In this document: positions 39,071-50,899 of the stretch, one piece after another
Position numbering within the stretch: the first letter of the stretch is position 1
Layout: each line of letters opens with the position of its first letter
DNA from: Eledone cirrhosa
Lineage: Eukaryota
Length of the DNA: 64,000 nucleotides
Reading direction: 5' to 3'
Assembly: GCA_964016885.1 (NCBI GenBank)
Contig: OZ024746.1
Span: 17,980,001-18,044,000 of the forward strand
The notes under the pieces: generated by a model
Told to the model about the DNA's origin: nothing
Databases searched by the model: none
The model's input: the letters and a program-made list of their open reading frames with translations, nothing else
Translations under genes and position numbers: made by a program

Positions 39071-39921
39071 AGAAACCACTTTTTATTTGTAGTTGCATGC
39101 CAAAGCAGCCTTAATATAAGGTTCCAAGATTCAGTGTTTATTGGGAAATAAACTGAACAAAATTACAATAAAATCACTAAGCAATAGTGATTGACTTTTA
39201 AAGCTAATTAGTAACTTAACAGTTGCTATATTCTCTTGAGACAAGATCCATCACTTGTAGGAATGAGTTTGTTCTGACAAACAAGTCATATAACTGGACA
39301 AATTGGTTCTCTTAAAGTTTGATTGTTAGAAATTACTTTAGAGAAATTTAAAAATAGAACTAGTGTCTGTCTAATTGCTGGGGAAATTGTTTTAATAAGT
39401 TATACTAGATAAAAAAGAAAAAAGAATTTGTTCAGAAAATGTTTTTTTAAGTTTTTTTTTTCTTCTGGCATAATTTATTTTTCTTCCAATGGGAGGTGCT
39501 TTCATTATGAGTTCACTTCAACTGTTGAAGATTTTTTTTTCAGTCTTGTCTGTCAGTAGGAAAACAAAAGAAAGTTAACAATTATTTTTCTTGTAAATAC
39601 ATTTTAAGAGATTGTTGTCACATGTTAGTTTGCTCTGTGAGTTTTGTAATCACTTAATGTGTGTTGAGTTACATAGTGAAGTGTGAATACTAATAGATAA
39701 ACAGTATTGGTATGGTCTCAAGTAGAATATATCCTTTTACTGATTTCAATGATTAGACTGTGACCAGGCTGGAGCAGCAACAGCTTGATGGGATTTAGTT
39801 GAACATACCTACCTCAGTACATATTTTTTTCAAGTAGTCTGGTATTTATTTTATCTAAGCTATGGGACATAAACAAATAGTAAACCAAAACACACGCATG
39901 GTGTCTCACGCTCACGCACGC

Positions 39922-39953
<32 letters not shown>

Positions 39954-40455
39954 GACAGGTTTCCACACAGTTTCTATCTACCAAATGCCACTCACAAAGG
40001 CATTGGTGAACCTGAGGCTATTGTAGAAGGCACTTAACCAAAATGCCATACGATAAGACTGAATAAGACCGAACCCCAAAACCACATGGTGATTCTGTTG
40101 TTTAGTTCCTTGGGTATAGTTAGCTGGAGAATAAGCATTAGGAAGAACTGCCATATGATATATGTTTATGTGGGATACAAATTTATGACTTAGTTTTGAT
40201 GCAACCATTAGACAAGAAACTTGTTTCCCCTTCATCTTTGCACTTGGAAATAAGGAGGGGGGGGATTTAAACTGGAGTTTTGTATACGAAAAATTAACAC
40301 CCAGCCATCTTGTTCATTGAAACGGTGTTATAGTAAATATAAAAACTCGCAAACACTATAATATATTGAAACATGGACACTCACACAGATACATACATTC
40401 ACACACACACACATACTCACACAGCCACATAAATGTAAACAGATTGTCTGTGTGT

Positions 40456-40498
<43 letters not shown>

Positions 40499-40500
<2 letters not shown>

Positions 40501-41917
40501 GTATAAAACTGATGGATCAGGTTATGAAAGTGGCAGAAAGGATATTAGCACCACTAATTAGAGAAAGCGTCAAACTAGATGAGATGCAGTTTGGTTTTGT
40601 GCCTGGGAAGAGTACAACAGATGCCCTCTTCTTGGTGAGACAATTACAAGACAGATTCTTAGAGAAAAATAAGCCACTATACTTAGACTTTGTTGACCTA
40701 GAGAAGGCCTTTGATAGGGTACCCCGATCTGTCATCTGGTGGTCCCTAAGGAAACTAGGTGTTGAGGAATGGCTTGTGAGGACAGTGCAAACTTTGTACA
40801 GAGGTACTGTCAGTAAAGTCAGGGTAGGAAAGGAGTTTAGTGAGGAATTCCAGATACAGGTAGGAGTACATCAAGGTCGGTCCTCAGCCCGCTCTTGTTC
40901 ATTATAGTCCTCCAAGCCATAACAGAGGAACTTCTCTATGCTGACGATCTGGTTCTTATAGCAGAATCAGTAGAGGAGCTAGAGAATAAATTCTGGCTAT
41001 GGAAACAGCAGTTGGAAGCAAGAGGACTGAGAGTGAACCTAGCTAAGACAAAAGTGTTGATGAGTAGAAAAGAGGATAAAACAGGGAAATGGCCATGTTC
41101 GATATGCAGAAAAGGAACTGGCATAAATTCTATAAAATGCACACAATGCAGATCCTGGGTACACATGAGATGTAGTGGGATAGCAGGCAAACTAACAGGT
41201 AGGGAGAAATACGTATGCAGTAGATGTACAGGGAAATTAGACAGTAGAAGTCACATTGATAGACACATTTTTCAAATGCAGGCGGGTGCTATAGAAGTGG
41301 TGGATAGCTTCCAGTACCTAGGAGATCAGATTAGTATGGGAGGGGGGTGTTCCGAGGCCATAGTATCTAGAATAAGGACAGGTTGGAAGAAGTTTAGTGA
41401 GCTGCTTCCTCTGCTGACGAAGAAGGGTTTCTCCCTGCGTACGAAAGGCCGGTTGTATGATGCCTGTGTGAGGAGCGTGATGCTGCATGGTAGTGAGACA
41501 TACGCAGCAACTGCAGAGGATATGCGACGGCTGGAGAGAAATGAGGCAAGCATGCTCCGTTGGATGTGCAATGTCAATGTGCGTAAACGACCCAGCATAA
41601 ATGTGTTGAGAGAGAAACTGTGTCTGAGAGGGATAGAATGTAGTGTGCGAGAGAGGAGACTGAGGTGGTATGGACATGTGATGCACATGGAGGATGACCT
41701 CTGGGTAAAGAAGTGCCAGGAAATGCCAGTTGAAGGAAGACGTGGTAGAGGTAGACCACGAAAAACATGGGCGGAGGTGGTGAGAGCAGACCTCAGATCG
41801 CTGAAGCTCATGGTGGAGATGACGAAGGACCGTGACGAGTGGAGATATGCTGTGCTGAATAAGACCTGTCCCACCCTTACAAGCAGGGAAAAGCGGACGT
41901 AAAATGATGATGATGAT
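40499..41917 (+). mobile_element. 5'-truncated RTE-clade LINE (reverse transcriptase with PHD-type insert), one frameshift near 40880-40895
   Basis: [42 protein letters not shown] motifs; (ATG)n tail; flanked by (TA)n on both sides. Confidence 0.95.
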
Positions 41918-41925
41918 ATATATAT

Positions 41926-42109
41926 AATTGTTTCTACTTTTTGGCACAAAGCCAGCAATTACCCAGTGCATTACTGGTACTTTATTTTATCGACCCCGTA
42001 AGGATGAAAGGCAAAGTTAACCTCGGCGGGATTTGAACTCAGATCATAAAGGGACGTAACTCTATGCTTCAAAGCATGGTGTCCGACTCTCTACCGATAC
42101 TGCCAATCC
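41926..42109 (-). mobile_element. young SINE family A copy
   Basis: CpG-retaining core CTGGTACTTTATTTTATCGACCCC..AAGGATGAAAGGCAAAGTT.ACCTCGGCGGGATTTGAACTC. Confidence 0.85.
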
Positions 42110-42234
42110 AGAAATGGCTTCTACAGGACTAGAACTGTTTCATTCAGGAGAAATCATCAGGGCTTCCTGATGATCAAGAAGCCCTAATGATTTCTCTCGA
42201 ATGAAACAGTTCTAGTGCTGTAGAAGCCATTTCT
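42110..42234. ncRNA. 57-bp-arm palindrome built from two inverted hammerhead ribozyme motifs
   Basis: Arms 42110-42166 and 42178-42234 match at 53 of 57 positions; each carries CT(G/A)ATGA...GAAA-CAG(loop)CTG-TA. Confidence 0.65.
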
Positions 42235-42569
42235 ATATTAAATATTTATACTCTGCTTTGTATTGAGTACCTTACTTACTATGGTTACCCCCGATTGAAC
42301 CTGGGATAAACTTATATATGTATATCCTTGCGAGCAGAGAAGAGCGGACGTAAAATTATGATGATGATGATGATGATATATATTGTATGCAGATTTATTG
42401 AAAATAATGTGTTTTTAATTCTTTTGTGAATTTTGTTATTTTTCAAGTTTTTTAAAGCACTTGATTTGTATGTTAAATAAAAACCTGTTACATTCAAAAG
42501 ATGGCGTTATTTAAATTAAGAAACCTTATTTTGAATATTCTCTTCTAAACCATAAAGAGTGTTAAGAGT

Positions 42570-42838
42570 TAGACAGATAGAATGAGGTATAGACAGACAG
42601 ATTGGTAGGTGGATAGAGAGAGTGAGATATAGATACACAGGTAGGTAGATAGACAGATAGGTAGGTAGATAGAGAAACAGGCAGAGTGAGTGACATATAG
42701 ACAGGCATACAGACAGGCTTATAAATAGACAGATAGGTAGATAGATAGAAGGATAGAGAGAGTGAACTATAGGCACAAACAGACAGATAGGTAGAGAGAC
42801 AGACAGTCAGAGAGATATAGACAGATAGGTAGATAGAT
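42570..42838. repeat. degenerate (GATA/GACA/GGTA)n array, left part
   Basis: Direct reading; resumes at 44718. Confidence 0.9.
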
Positions 42839-44717
42839 TTCTTTATTTACCATAAAGGCATAAAAAGAAGGGACAAATACAAAGGGGGAGTTTACATATA
42901 ATCGAGTAAAAAGGGTGTAACATGAAAATAGTCGAAAATAACCTCAAAAGGGAGGGGACGTGATGGGGGTTGCACACACCCCCGAAAAAGTGTGCAATCC
43001 TTTGCCCGGGGAGCACATGGAGAAGGTGCTCCCCTCTCCTTTACTTCTTTACCTGCAGGATGGTATACAGAGAAGGCCCATTTACACGAGCCATTCTCGC
43101 CACTATCACCCACCTTTCATAAAACTGCCTGTGGCCAAGCACCTCTCTCTCCATTCTTATCCTTCTTCCGAAGTGATATCGGAAGAAGTAGACCAGACTA
43201 TGGCCAGAGAGGAAGTTGCCTGACTTCAGACCTTTCAATCGTGTCCACCAAACAACCTCTTTCAACATGGCTATTACGCACAGAAAAACCGCCTTTGCTT
43301 CCTTTGTGAAGAGGGGAGGCGGTTTGATTGTCATCACGGACTCGGCGGTCAATTTAATCGGCGCCACCCGCGACAGCAGTCGTTCGGCGTAGCCCCACAG
43401 ATCAGCCACGCCCGGACATTGCACCAATGCGTGCGCAACGGTTTCTTCGTGATGCACGCATCTAGGGCAAATCTTTTTTGAGGGATCCCTGCCCGGGCGC
43501 CCGTGTCTGTAGAGCCTCTCTCGAACGGGTAGAGCCCCCCGGTAGCACTGCCAGGCCAGTGACTTCTGGAAGTTGTCCATTGGTCCTGGGCCGAAAGTCC
43601 TACCGAACAGGCTGGCCAGTTCGTCCTCTTCCATGTCCAGCGACTCTCCAAGGGTGTCATCGCCCCTGCTAGCCACCAGCCCTCTATAGAATGATGAGGT
43701 GGATTCTCTACCGATGGCCTGGCCCGCTTGCCAGAGAGCCCTGAGCGCCTGAGCACACTCAGTATGCCATTCTCCCAGTTTTCCGGATCTTTGCTTGACC
43801 CAGGACTGTAGCTCGGTGAGCGAGACGAGTCTCGGAAAGGCTCGTTTCACGAACGGAGCCCACACCGGTTGACCAGTGAGGAATACCTGTAGGTGCCGTA
43901 GCCTTAATGCGTGCCTACGCATCATCAACCACGGCATCCCCAGCCCTCCTTTCGAAGGTTGTTGGCAGCAGATGGATCTTCTCACCATAGGAGGGCGCTT
44001 CTTCCAAAGAAATTGGAAGAGCATGCGTTCCATGGTGGTGAGTGTTTCCTTAGGGCAAGGCACGACAGTCAGGCGGTAGTAAGTGACGGACGCTATGTAA
44101 ATGTTCGCCACCTCCGCCCGGCCTTTTAGGGACAGCTTACACTTGGCCCATTTCTGGGTTAGTGTAAACACCTTGTTCGTAACCTCGTTCCAGTTCTTTT
44201 CCACCTGGAGGTCCGGTCCAAACCAGACCCCAAGCAACTTTACCGGGCCCTCCATCCAGTGTCCGACGACACCGTCAGGAGGCATCGGTCTGCCTCTCCA
44301 CGTTCCGAGTTGCAGCCCGATGGATTTTTCCCGGTTCAGTTTCGCTCCTGACAACCTTTCGTACTGCTCCAGTAAGGTACCGATCGCCTCGATCTCCGAG
44401 TCGGTCGATACCATTACTGTTACGTCATCGGCGTAGGCCGACACCGTTTTGCTCAATCCTGGTTCCAGGGGGATACCCTGCAACAACTCCAACTTCCTCA
44501 GTAAAGGCTCGAGAGTCAATACGTACAGAAGGGAGGAGAGAGGGCACCCCTGTCGAATGGATCGTGTGATTTCGAACGGCTTCGAAAGGTAGCCGTTCAC
44601 CTTGATCCTAGAACAGATGTGGTTGCTATGTAAGGCAGTTATCCAGCCTCTGAAAACAGGACCGAACCCAGCCGCCGCTAGCACCGTATCCAGGTAACCA
44701 TGGTCGACCCTATCGTT
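42839..44717 (-). mobile_element. 5'-truncated Tx1/L1-clade non-LTR retrotransposon (RT plus zf-RVT CCHC)
   Basis: Uninterrupted ORF 43041-44684 with upstream DRVDH, RQGCPLS, SAYADD, GGLG, CPRC...ETVAHALVQC; AATAAA at the 3' end; perfect 23-bp TSD; GC- and CpG-rich. Confidence 0.93.
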
Positions 44718-44885
44718 TATAGACAGATAGGTAGATAGATAGTTTGGTAGATATATAGATAGACAGACACATAGGTAGATGGATAGACAGACAGAGAGTA
44801 AGATACAGACAGTCAGAAAGATTGAGTTATAAACAGATAGATGTTTTTATTGTCCAACAATACATAGCTAGGTAGATAGCTATAG
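44718..44885. repeat. degenerate (GATA/GACA)n array, right part
   Basis: Direct reading. Confidence 0.85.
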
Positions 44886-45519
44886 ACCAGGCATGTCAAA
44901 CTAAGGGTCCCCCGAGGGCCACATGGGTCACATATGTATTGTCTGAGGGCTACACGCGACAACAAATTGAGCACATTACAACTAATTTTTTACAGTTTCT
45001 ATCTACCAAATTTACTCATAAAGCATGTATTTTATAGCTTCTGCTTTTCTTAGATAACAATCTAATCTCTTGTTTTGTTTAGTTTTATGACTTTCCTATC
45101 TAATTTAATTTAAATCCCAGGTCATGACTAGAACTTGGCATTACCAAATATATTACATCGTTATTTCCAAATTAGTCACAGATATTAATCAATAAGTATT
45201 CAATAAAACCAACCTATTATGAATTATTTTCATTGATCAGGCTATATTTTACTTTTTGCTATGTATTTCCTTAAGTTAGAAAGATTGTCAAGAAGCAGAC
45301 AAATTATTAACATTATAGGTGCAAGGCAGGCATGGCTGAATGGATAAGAAGTCTTCTTCACAACCAGTTGGTTAATGCATTACACCTTGGGTTGACCAAT
45401 GAATGAATGCTTTGTGAGTGGAATTTCATAAATGATACATATATGTATGTCTACATTTGTGCCTGTGATTATATCCTGTAACTTAGCAGTTTGACAAACA
45501 TATTGACATAGGCTGTTTC

Positions 45520-45775
45520 TAGGGCATTTTTAAAACTTGTCTGAGCACATCCCTCTCCAAGTCTGAATACAGTGGATTTCTTTCAGTGCAGGATAGAGAG
45601 TGAGAGAATGGAAGTGAGAAAGAGATATAGAGGAAGAATCAACCCCAGTACTAGACTGGTACTTTTTTTTTATCGACCTCGACAGGATTTGAACTCAGAA
45701 AGCAGAGAGTCAGAACAACGCTGCAAAGCATTCTACCCAGTGTTCTAACGACTCTGCCAATTTGCTACCTCTTCA
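45520..45775 (-). mobile_element. SINE family A, tailed subfamily
   Basis: Close match to 10650-10880. Confidence 0.75.
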
Positions 45776-46409
45776 TAATTAAGATGACAATAAACCGAAA
45801 CAAGTTTAGAGAGTTTCTGATTTTGTTAATAGCTTCATTGATTTGTTGTTGTTTTCCTATATTTATTTATTATCTAAATAGACGTTTTGAGGCCTTCTTT
45901 TCATTATCTTTTTTCATTAGTTAATATCTTTCATGGTCAAACTTCTTTACAGCAATTATATATATGTCAAATTGAGAATTGCAATTTTCTCAGATTCAAT
46001 ATTATTCTTTAGCTTATTTCAAAATTAACGAAACCCCCTCCCTCAGTATATGAATAATTTTGTTTCTTATTAGAAGATAGTTTCATTGTATCTCCATTAA
46101 CATAATAAATTATGCTTATTTTGCCCTCCATTGGCCTTTCCATATTTAAATTTTTATTTTCATATTCATTTATCTCTGTATATCTTGTTTTTGTTTCTCA
46201 ACCGTGAGGAGGACTAGATACTTCCCCTAATTTGTCATGGCTTACTAGCTCTATATGGACATTTAGATTGATTAAATAAATAACACTTCCAATCACAATT
46301 TCTTTAGTTTTTCTGAATGAAATTATATTTTTGAAAGTTATATATAATTATTTTTATTCCATTTAGTCTTATTTGGTTACTAGCATAACAACCAAATTTG
46401 TGTGTGTGA

Positions 46410-46670
46410 AGCTGTGTGGCTTAGTGGTTAGGGTGTTTGACTCATTGTAATGTTGTGAGTTTGATTCCTGGTAGCATGCTTGGTATGTGAGCAAGATATT
46501 TTATTTCACATTGTTCCAGTCCACACAGCTACAAAAAGATGAAACGTAGCTGTGACATGCACACACACTCAGACAAACACACACTCATACACAGACACAC
46601 AGAAACATACACACACATTGTCCAACCCATGCGAACATGGGGAACTAGATGTTAAATGATGATGGTGGTA
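46410..46670 (+). mobile_element. tRNA-derived SINE with RTE-like tail
   Basis: TGGCTTAGTGG A-box, GAGTTTGATTCC B-box, AACCCATGC...GATGTTAAATGATGATG tail. Confidence 0.7.
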
Positions 46671-46823
46671 TTAGTTTATATGGATGAAGCCTTGTAAAAT
46701 ATGTGGTTAGGATTGTTTTGTCAAGCCAGTACAATGTAAGTTAGAAATAAAGGAGTGAAATGAGAATATAAAGTAAGGCAAGCAAAAACAGCTCTCATTT
46801 TTACTTTATTTTTCCTATTTCAG

Positions 46824-46865
46824 GGTTAAGATTTCTTTCTCAAAAGAATGGAATGGAGTGTGATG
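46824..46865 (+). CDS. candidate 42-nt symmetric exon
   Basis: Acceptor TTTATTTTTCCTATTTCAG|G, donor ATG|GTGAGA; open only in phase 1 (xLRFLSQKNGMECD). Confidence 0.3.
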
Positions 46866-48765
46866 GTGAGAGAAAGATAGTGAGAAAGTTTTAGTGCCAA
46901 ACCATTATATTTGAAGTAAAATTATGAGAATACTTTATTTACTTTGTATATATTTGTATATATTTTATAATATTGATTGAAACCCAACTTAAAGCCCCAG
47001 TTGATCATTTGAATTGAAATAACTGTAAAACCAAACCCTCTAATTGACAATATTGTAAAATTGAATAAATGACTAAGTTTCAATCAATGAGGTAGAAATA
47101 TATAAAGGGCAAAGGATGACAAATAAAATAAAACACAGTAATGTTTTTACCCAGTATATTTCAACATAATATTTCAGGGCTAATAACTTCTTTTTAAATG
47201 TAAAACAAAAACGGTTCAAAACAAAAATGAATGATCAATATGTTCTTCCCTAATTGATCTATGTATCTGAATACGCATGCATGGAGCTGTTATAGTAGCC
47301 AATCTGCTTCGTGCATTTCCAATCTACTTTTTCTTGTTGATGATAATGGCTTTTTGGAACCTATCAGTAATATATTATGTATCTCATAATGCTTCGTATT
47401 AACTATACTACTTTATTGTAAAATTTGTTTTACCAGTTATTTTCTTTTCACATAAAACTAGAAATATTAAGATGGCGTTAATAGAAAATGAAAAATTACA
47501 TTTTTGGTTTTATGCAAGTAATTTAAGACTTATTCTATTTTAGTCAACTTTATATTACAAAATATTTTCCTAAAATGTTATGTTATTTGAAAATGCCAAT
47601 TACATATGCAATTAAAAGTATAATTTTAAATTGTTAATGTTCATCTGTATTTAATTACTTTTCTTTTTATTCCCATGGTAACTAATATTTGCATAATTAT
47701 GAGGTTTTCTTAATTTGAGATTGAACAAATAATCTACTTTGTTTTACTTCTGACTTTTCTGAGTTATTTCAAGTCCCTATCTCTGTTTATTTTTTATGTA
47801 CTCTTCTTATGGTTAACATTCAATTTCTCGTATATCTATTGCATAAGAGATTTTGTTGCTACACCACAAGTAGCAACAAACTTCCAGCTGTTCTTCATAT
47901 CTTTTTTCTTCTTTAAAATGAAAGTTTCTATAAATATTCACCATAGTATTAGTATTTGGCTCCCCACCTCCTCTTGTACTGTTTGATTGTTTTTACAGGC
48001 AGTATAATGCTAAAAGTAAATTCTGCATGTATAATCAGCTTTTTCTGTTGACTTGGGTTGGAGAAGTTGACTGGTGTAACACATATTGCATATATAATCT
48101 GAGTGAATTAGTATTTTTGATTTATTGATTTCTTCCGAAAGTGAAGAGGAAGTAAACAGCTGATAACTAGGTTGACTTAAGATGATTAACAAGTTCGGTA
48201 GCCAACATAGGTTGTTGCTTATAAAAAGGTAACCAGAGATTTCCTAAAGATCTTTAATAAACACATGCACATATGCTCTCCTTCACACACACACTAACAT
48301 ATGCTAACACACACATACAAACATATTGACACCTTCACACTCACACACAAACATATTGACACCTTCACACTCACACACACACAAATACGAACGCATACAT
48401 TCACACACATACAAACCAAAAGTGATTTAGTTGCTCATATATTTCTCAAAGTTGGAATTTTATTGTTGTTAACCAGATTAGATCTGTACAGAGAATTATT
48501 GGCTCTCATTCAATGACCCTGTGACTTCATATCTAACGTCCATGTTTCTCTCCTTGATTGTTATCTTTAGTGACTAATGATCACGCAATCATCCGAAGGA
48601 AGAAATAAATTTTCTTCAAATGATGGAGACATCAGTATCATTTAGTTTCTGAGAAAAATATATTCCGACGTTGTCGTACCTGTGTGACAATTGACTTGAC
48701 TTGAGAGTGTGTGTTGAAACTGAAGCAATTAGATCATGAAACAGTCATTTAGCCTCCACCACCAC

Positions 48766-48767
<2 letters not shown>

Positions 48768-48802
<35 letters not shown>
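48768..48802 (+). repeat. poly(A) run of about 35 nt
   Basis: Direct reading. Confidence 0.9.
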
Positions 48803-48809
<7 letters not shown>

Positions 48810-49969
48810 AAATACAGTTATCTTTATTTTTCTTTTCTACTTGGTATCAACATTTTTGTTGCAAAGAGTGCAATGAAACTTTTGACACCACAAAATGATG
48901 TAAAAAAATATATTGATTCCTGTTTTGAGTTGGAATTTAACTATTATGATATTTTGTCCCAATAAACCAAACATAATTGGAATATGGCTTAAAATAAAAA
49001 TGTTCTTGTTTATTCTACTTAGTTGTTATAACCAAGTTGATAATGTAGGATGTCTATTGTTGTTGAGTCACAACCACACTACACTTGTTATACTACTGTC
49101 CTTCTGCAATATACTTAACTGAACTTAAATGCAAAGGTTTTGTGCCTTATTAAATCATTGAAAGTCACCATGACTGACTATATAATGTCCTACGCTCTAT
49201 ATTCCAGTATAAGCATTACTTTGGTCTCTGAACAGCACTTCACTGGTTTCTAAGTTGTCTGTTTCATTTGTAGAATTTACATTTTCACTGCTTCCTAATT
49301 TTTCTGTTCTTCTACATTGTGTTTCTAGGCAACACTACCTTTGACTCTAAATTTATTTGTGTCCCATTTCAACTATCCTAAACAAATAAATCTTGAATAT
49401 TTTCTCATTGAGTAAATTGTGTTCTGTCTTTAGGCAATATGTTAGAAGCTATTTGCTGCACAATCAACTACTATCATTATATATATTGTCCAGATAGAGC
49501 GCCAGGCAACATACTTAGCAGCATATAGTTAGATCCTCTTACATTCTGAGTTCAAATCCTGCCGAGGTTAGCTTTGCTTTGCATCCTTTGTTAATTTAAA
49601 GAAATCCTGTAAGGGTTTTTATGCTGTTGCCGAACAAATACATGCTATACAAATTTGATTTGTCATTTCAATTATATTCTACATCCTGCTTAACCTATAT
49701 AGCAATGCTGTAAAAAGATTCCTCTGTACACAGAATCATAAAGGTAGTTACCATCTGATGTGGAGATATAATCTCCAAAGACACATCAAAGGAATCTCTT
49801 TGTTTTTCTGTGTACAAAGGAAATGATAGAAAGTGTGTTTACACTTCATACTTTTTACCACAAGACTTCTTCAAAATCTGTAGTTATATCTACATTAAAT
49901 TTATCATAAATCTGTAATATACTGTTCTTGCATAAATATTTATTATTTAACTGTTTTGTATATTTACAG

Positions 49970-50040
49970 CTCATGTTACTCGAATTAAAGTCAAAGGTAC
50001 ACGGAAACTTTTGGATAAGCCAACAGATTTTATCATGCAG
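49970..50040 (+). CDS. candidate exon (coding, or 5' UTR ending in ATG CAG)
   Basis: Acceptor GTTTTGTATATTTACAG|C, consensus donor CAG|GTGAGT; phase-1 frame HVTRIKVKGTRKLLDKPTDFIMQ, phase-0 frame also open. Confidence 0.6.
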
Positions 50041-50104
50041 GTGAGTTCTTTAACATAATTATTGATTCTCATGTAATATGCTTAGCATCACTGACACTTA
50101 AAAA

Positions 50105-50424
50105 AAGAGGCCTGTTAATGAATGTGGAGAATGATCCCAGCTGACTCAACAAAGAGACCAGCTATTGAAATTGGCAGTTATAGAGTCAAAGAAATAATCA
50201 AGGACATGAAAAATTGTAAAGCTGTCAGTCTGTCAGAGATAGTCATTGAGATTTTGAAATCTGGGCAAGTAGAAGTCACCAGCATAATTAATCAGGCAAT
50301 ACACGATGGGGCCATGGCAGATGACTGGTGTAGCAGTATGCTCATTAATTGTTAGAAGAGAAAAGGTGATGCACTAGAAAGGGGCAATTACAAGGGCATA
50401 GAACTGCTGGATCTAGTTATGAAA
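50105..50424 (+). mobile_element. decayed RTE LINE fragment (start of RT)
   Basis: MKNCKAVSLSEIVIEILK...DDWCSSMLINC*KRKGDALERGNYKGIELLDLVMK; overlaps the GIKLMDQVMK region of the 40499 element. Confidence 0.8.
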
Positions 50425-50578
50425 CAGCTCTAGTCCTGTAGAAGACCTTTCTATAATAATAAAATATATATATATATTTATTTATTAAAATAACAGATTA
50501 AAGTTTAAGCAAAGAATCGCTGCTTTCATCCTTATCAAGCCTTCTTTGGATTTTAGTCTTCACATTTATTATTTCTAT
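50419..50578 (+). mobile_element. Penelope-like terminal fragment containing a hammerhead 3' half
   Basis: ATGAAACAGCTCTAGTCCTGTAGAAG matches 42201-42226; the downstream part matches 92-205. Confidence 0.55.
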
Positions 50579-50899
50579 ATATATATATATCATCATCACT
50601 GTTTAACGTCAATTTTATACGCTAGCAGGGATTAGATGAGTTATGCCATTAAGAGAGAAGCTGGATCGGATGACCATGTTTTGCCCGTACAGAATAGGAG
50701 ATAGATTCTTTTAAAATATTTTGCTTTGTAGTTTTCTAAGTAAACATTTAGGTTGTTGCTATACATCAGTGGCTTCGATTCTTCTGGCTAAAGTAAATTA
50801 TTTTAAGAGGTACAAACACCTCTGCAATTATACACCCCCCCCCCCCCCCAACCCCCCACACACACACACTATAATAATGCCCATTATTTTTACCAAAAA

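Noticed and set aside
41318-41971. Antisense ORFs of 210-217 aa over the RTE
   Set aside because: Shadow frames of the RT coding strand with no recognisable motifs.
47999-48228. Possible exon (TTTTACAG|G ... AAG|GTAACC)
   Set aside because: AT-rich with frequent stop codons and only a moderate donor; not supportable without transcripts.
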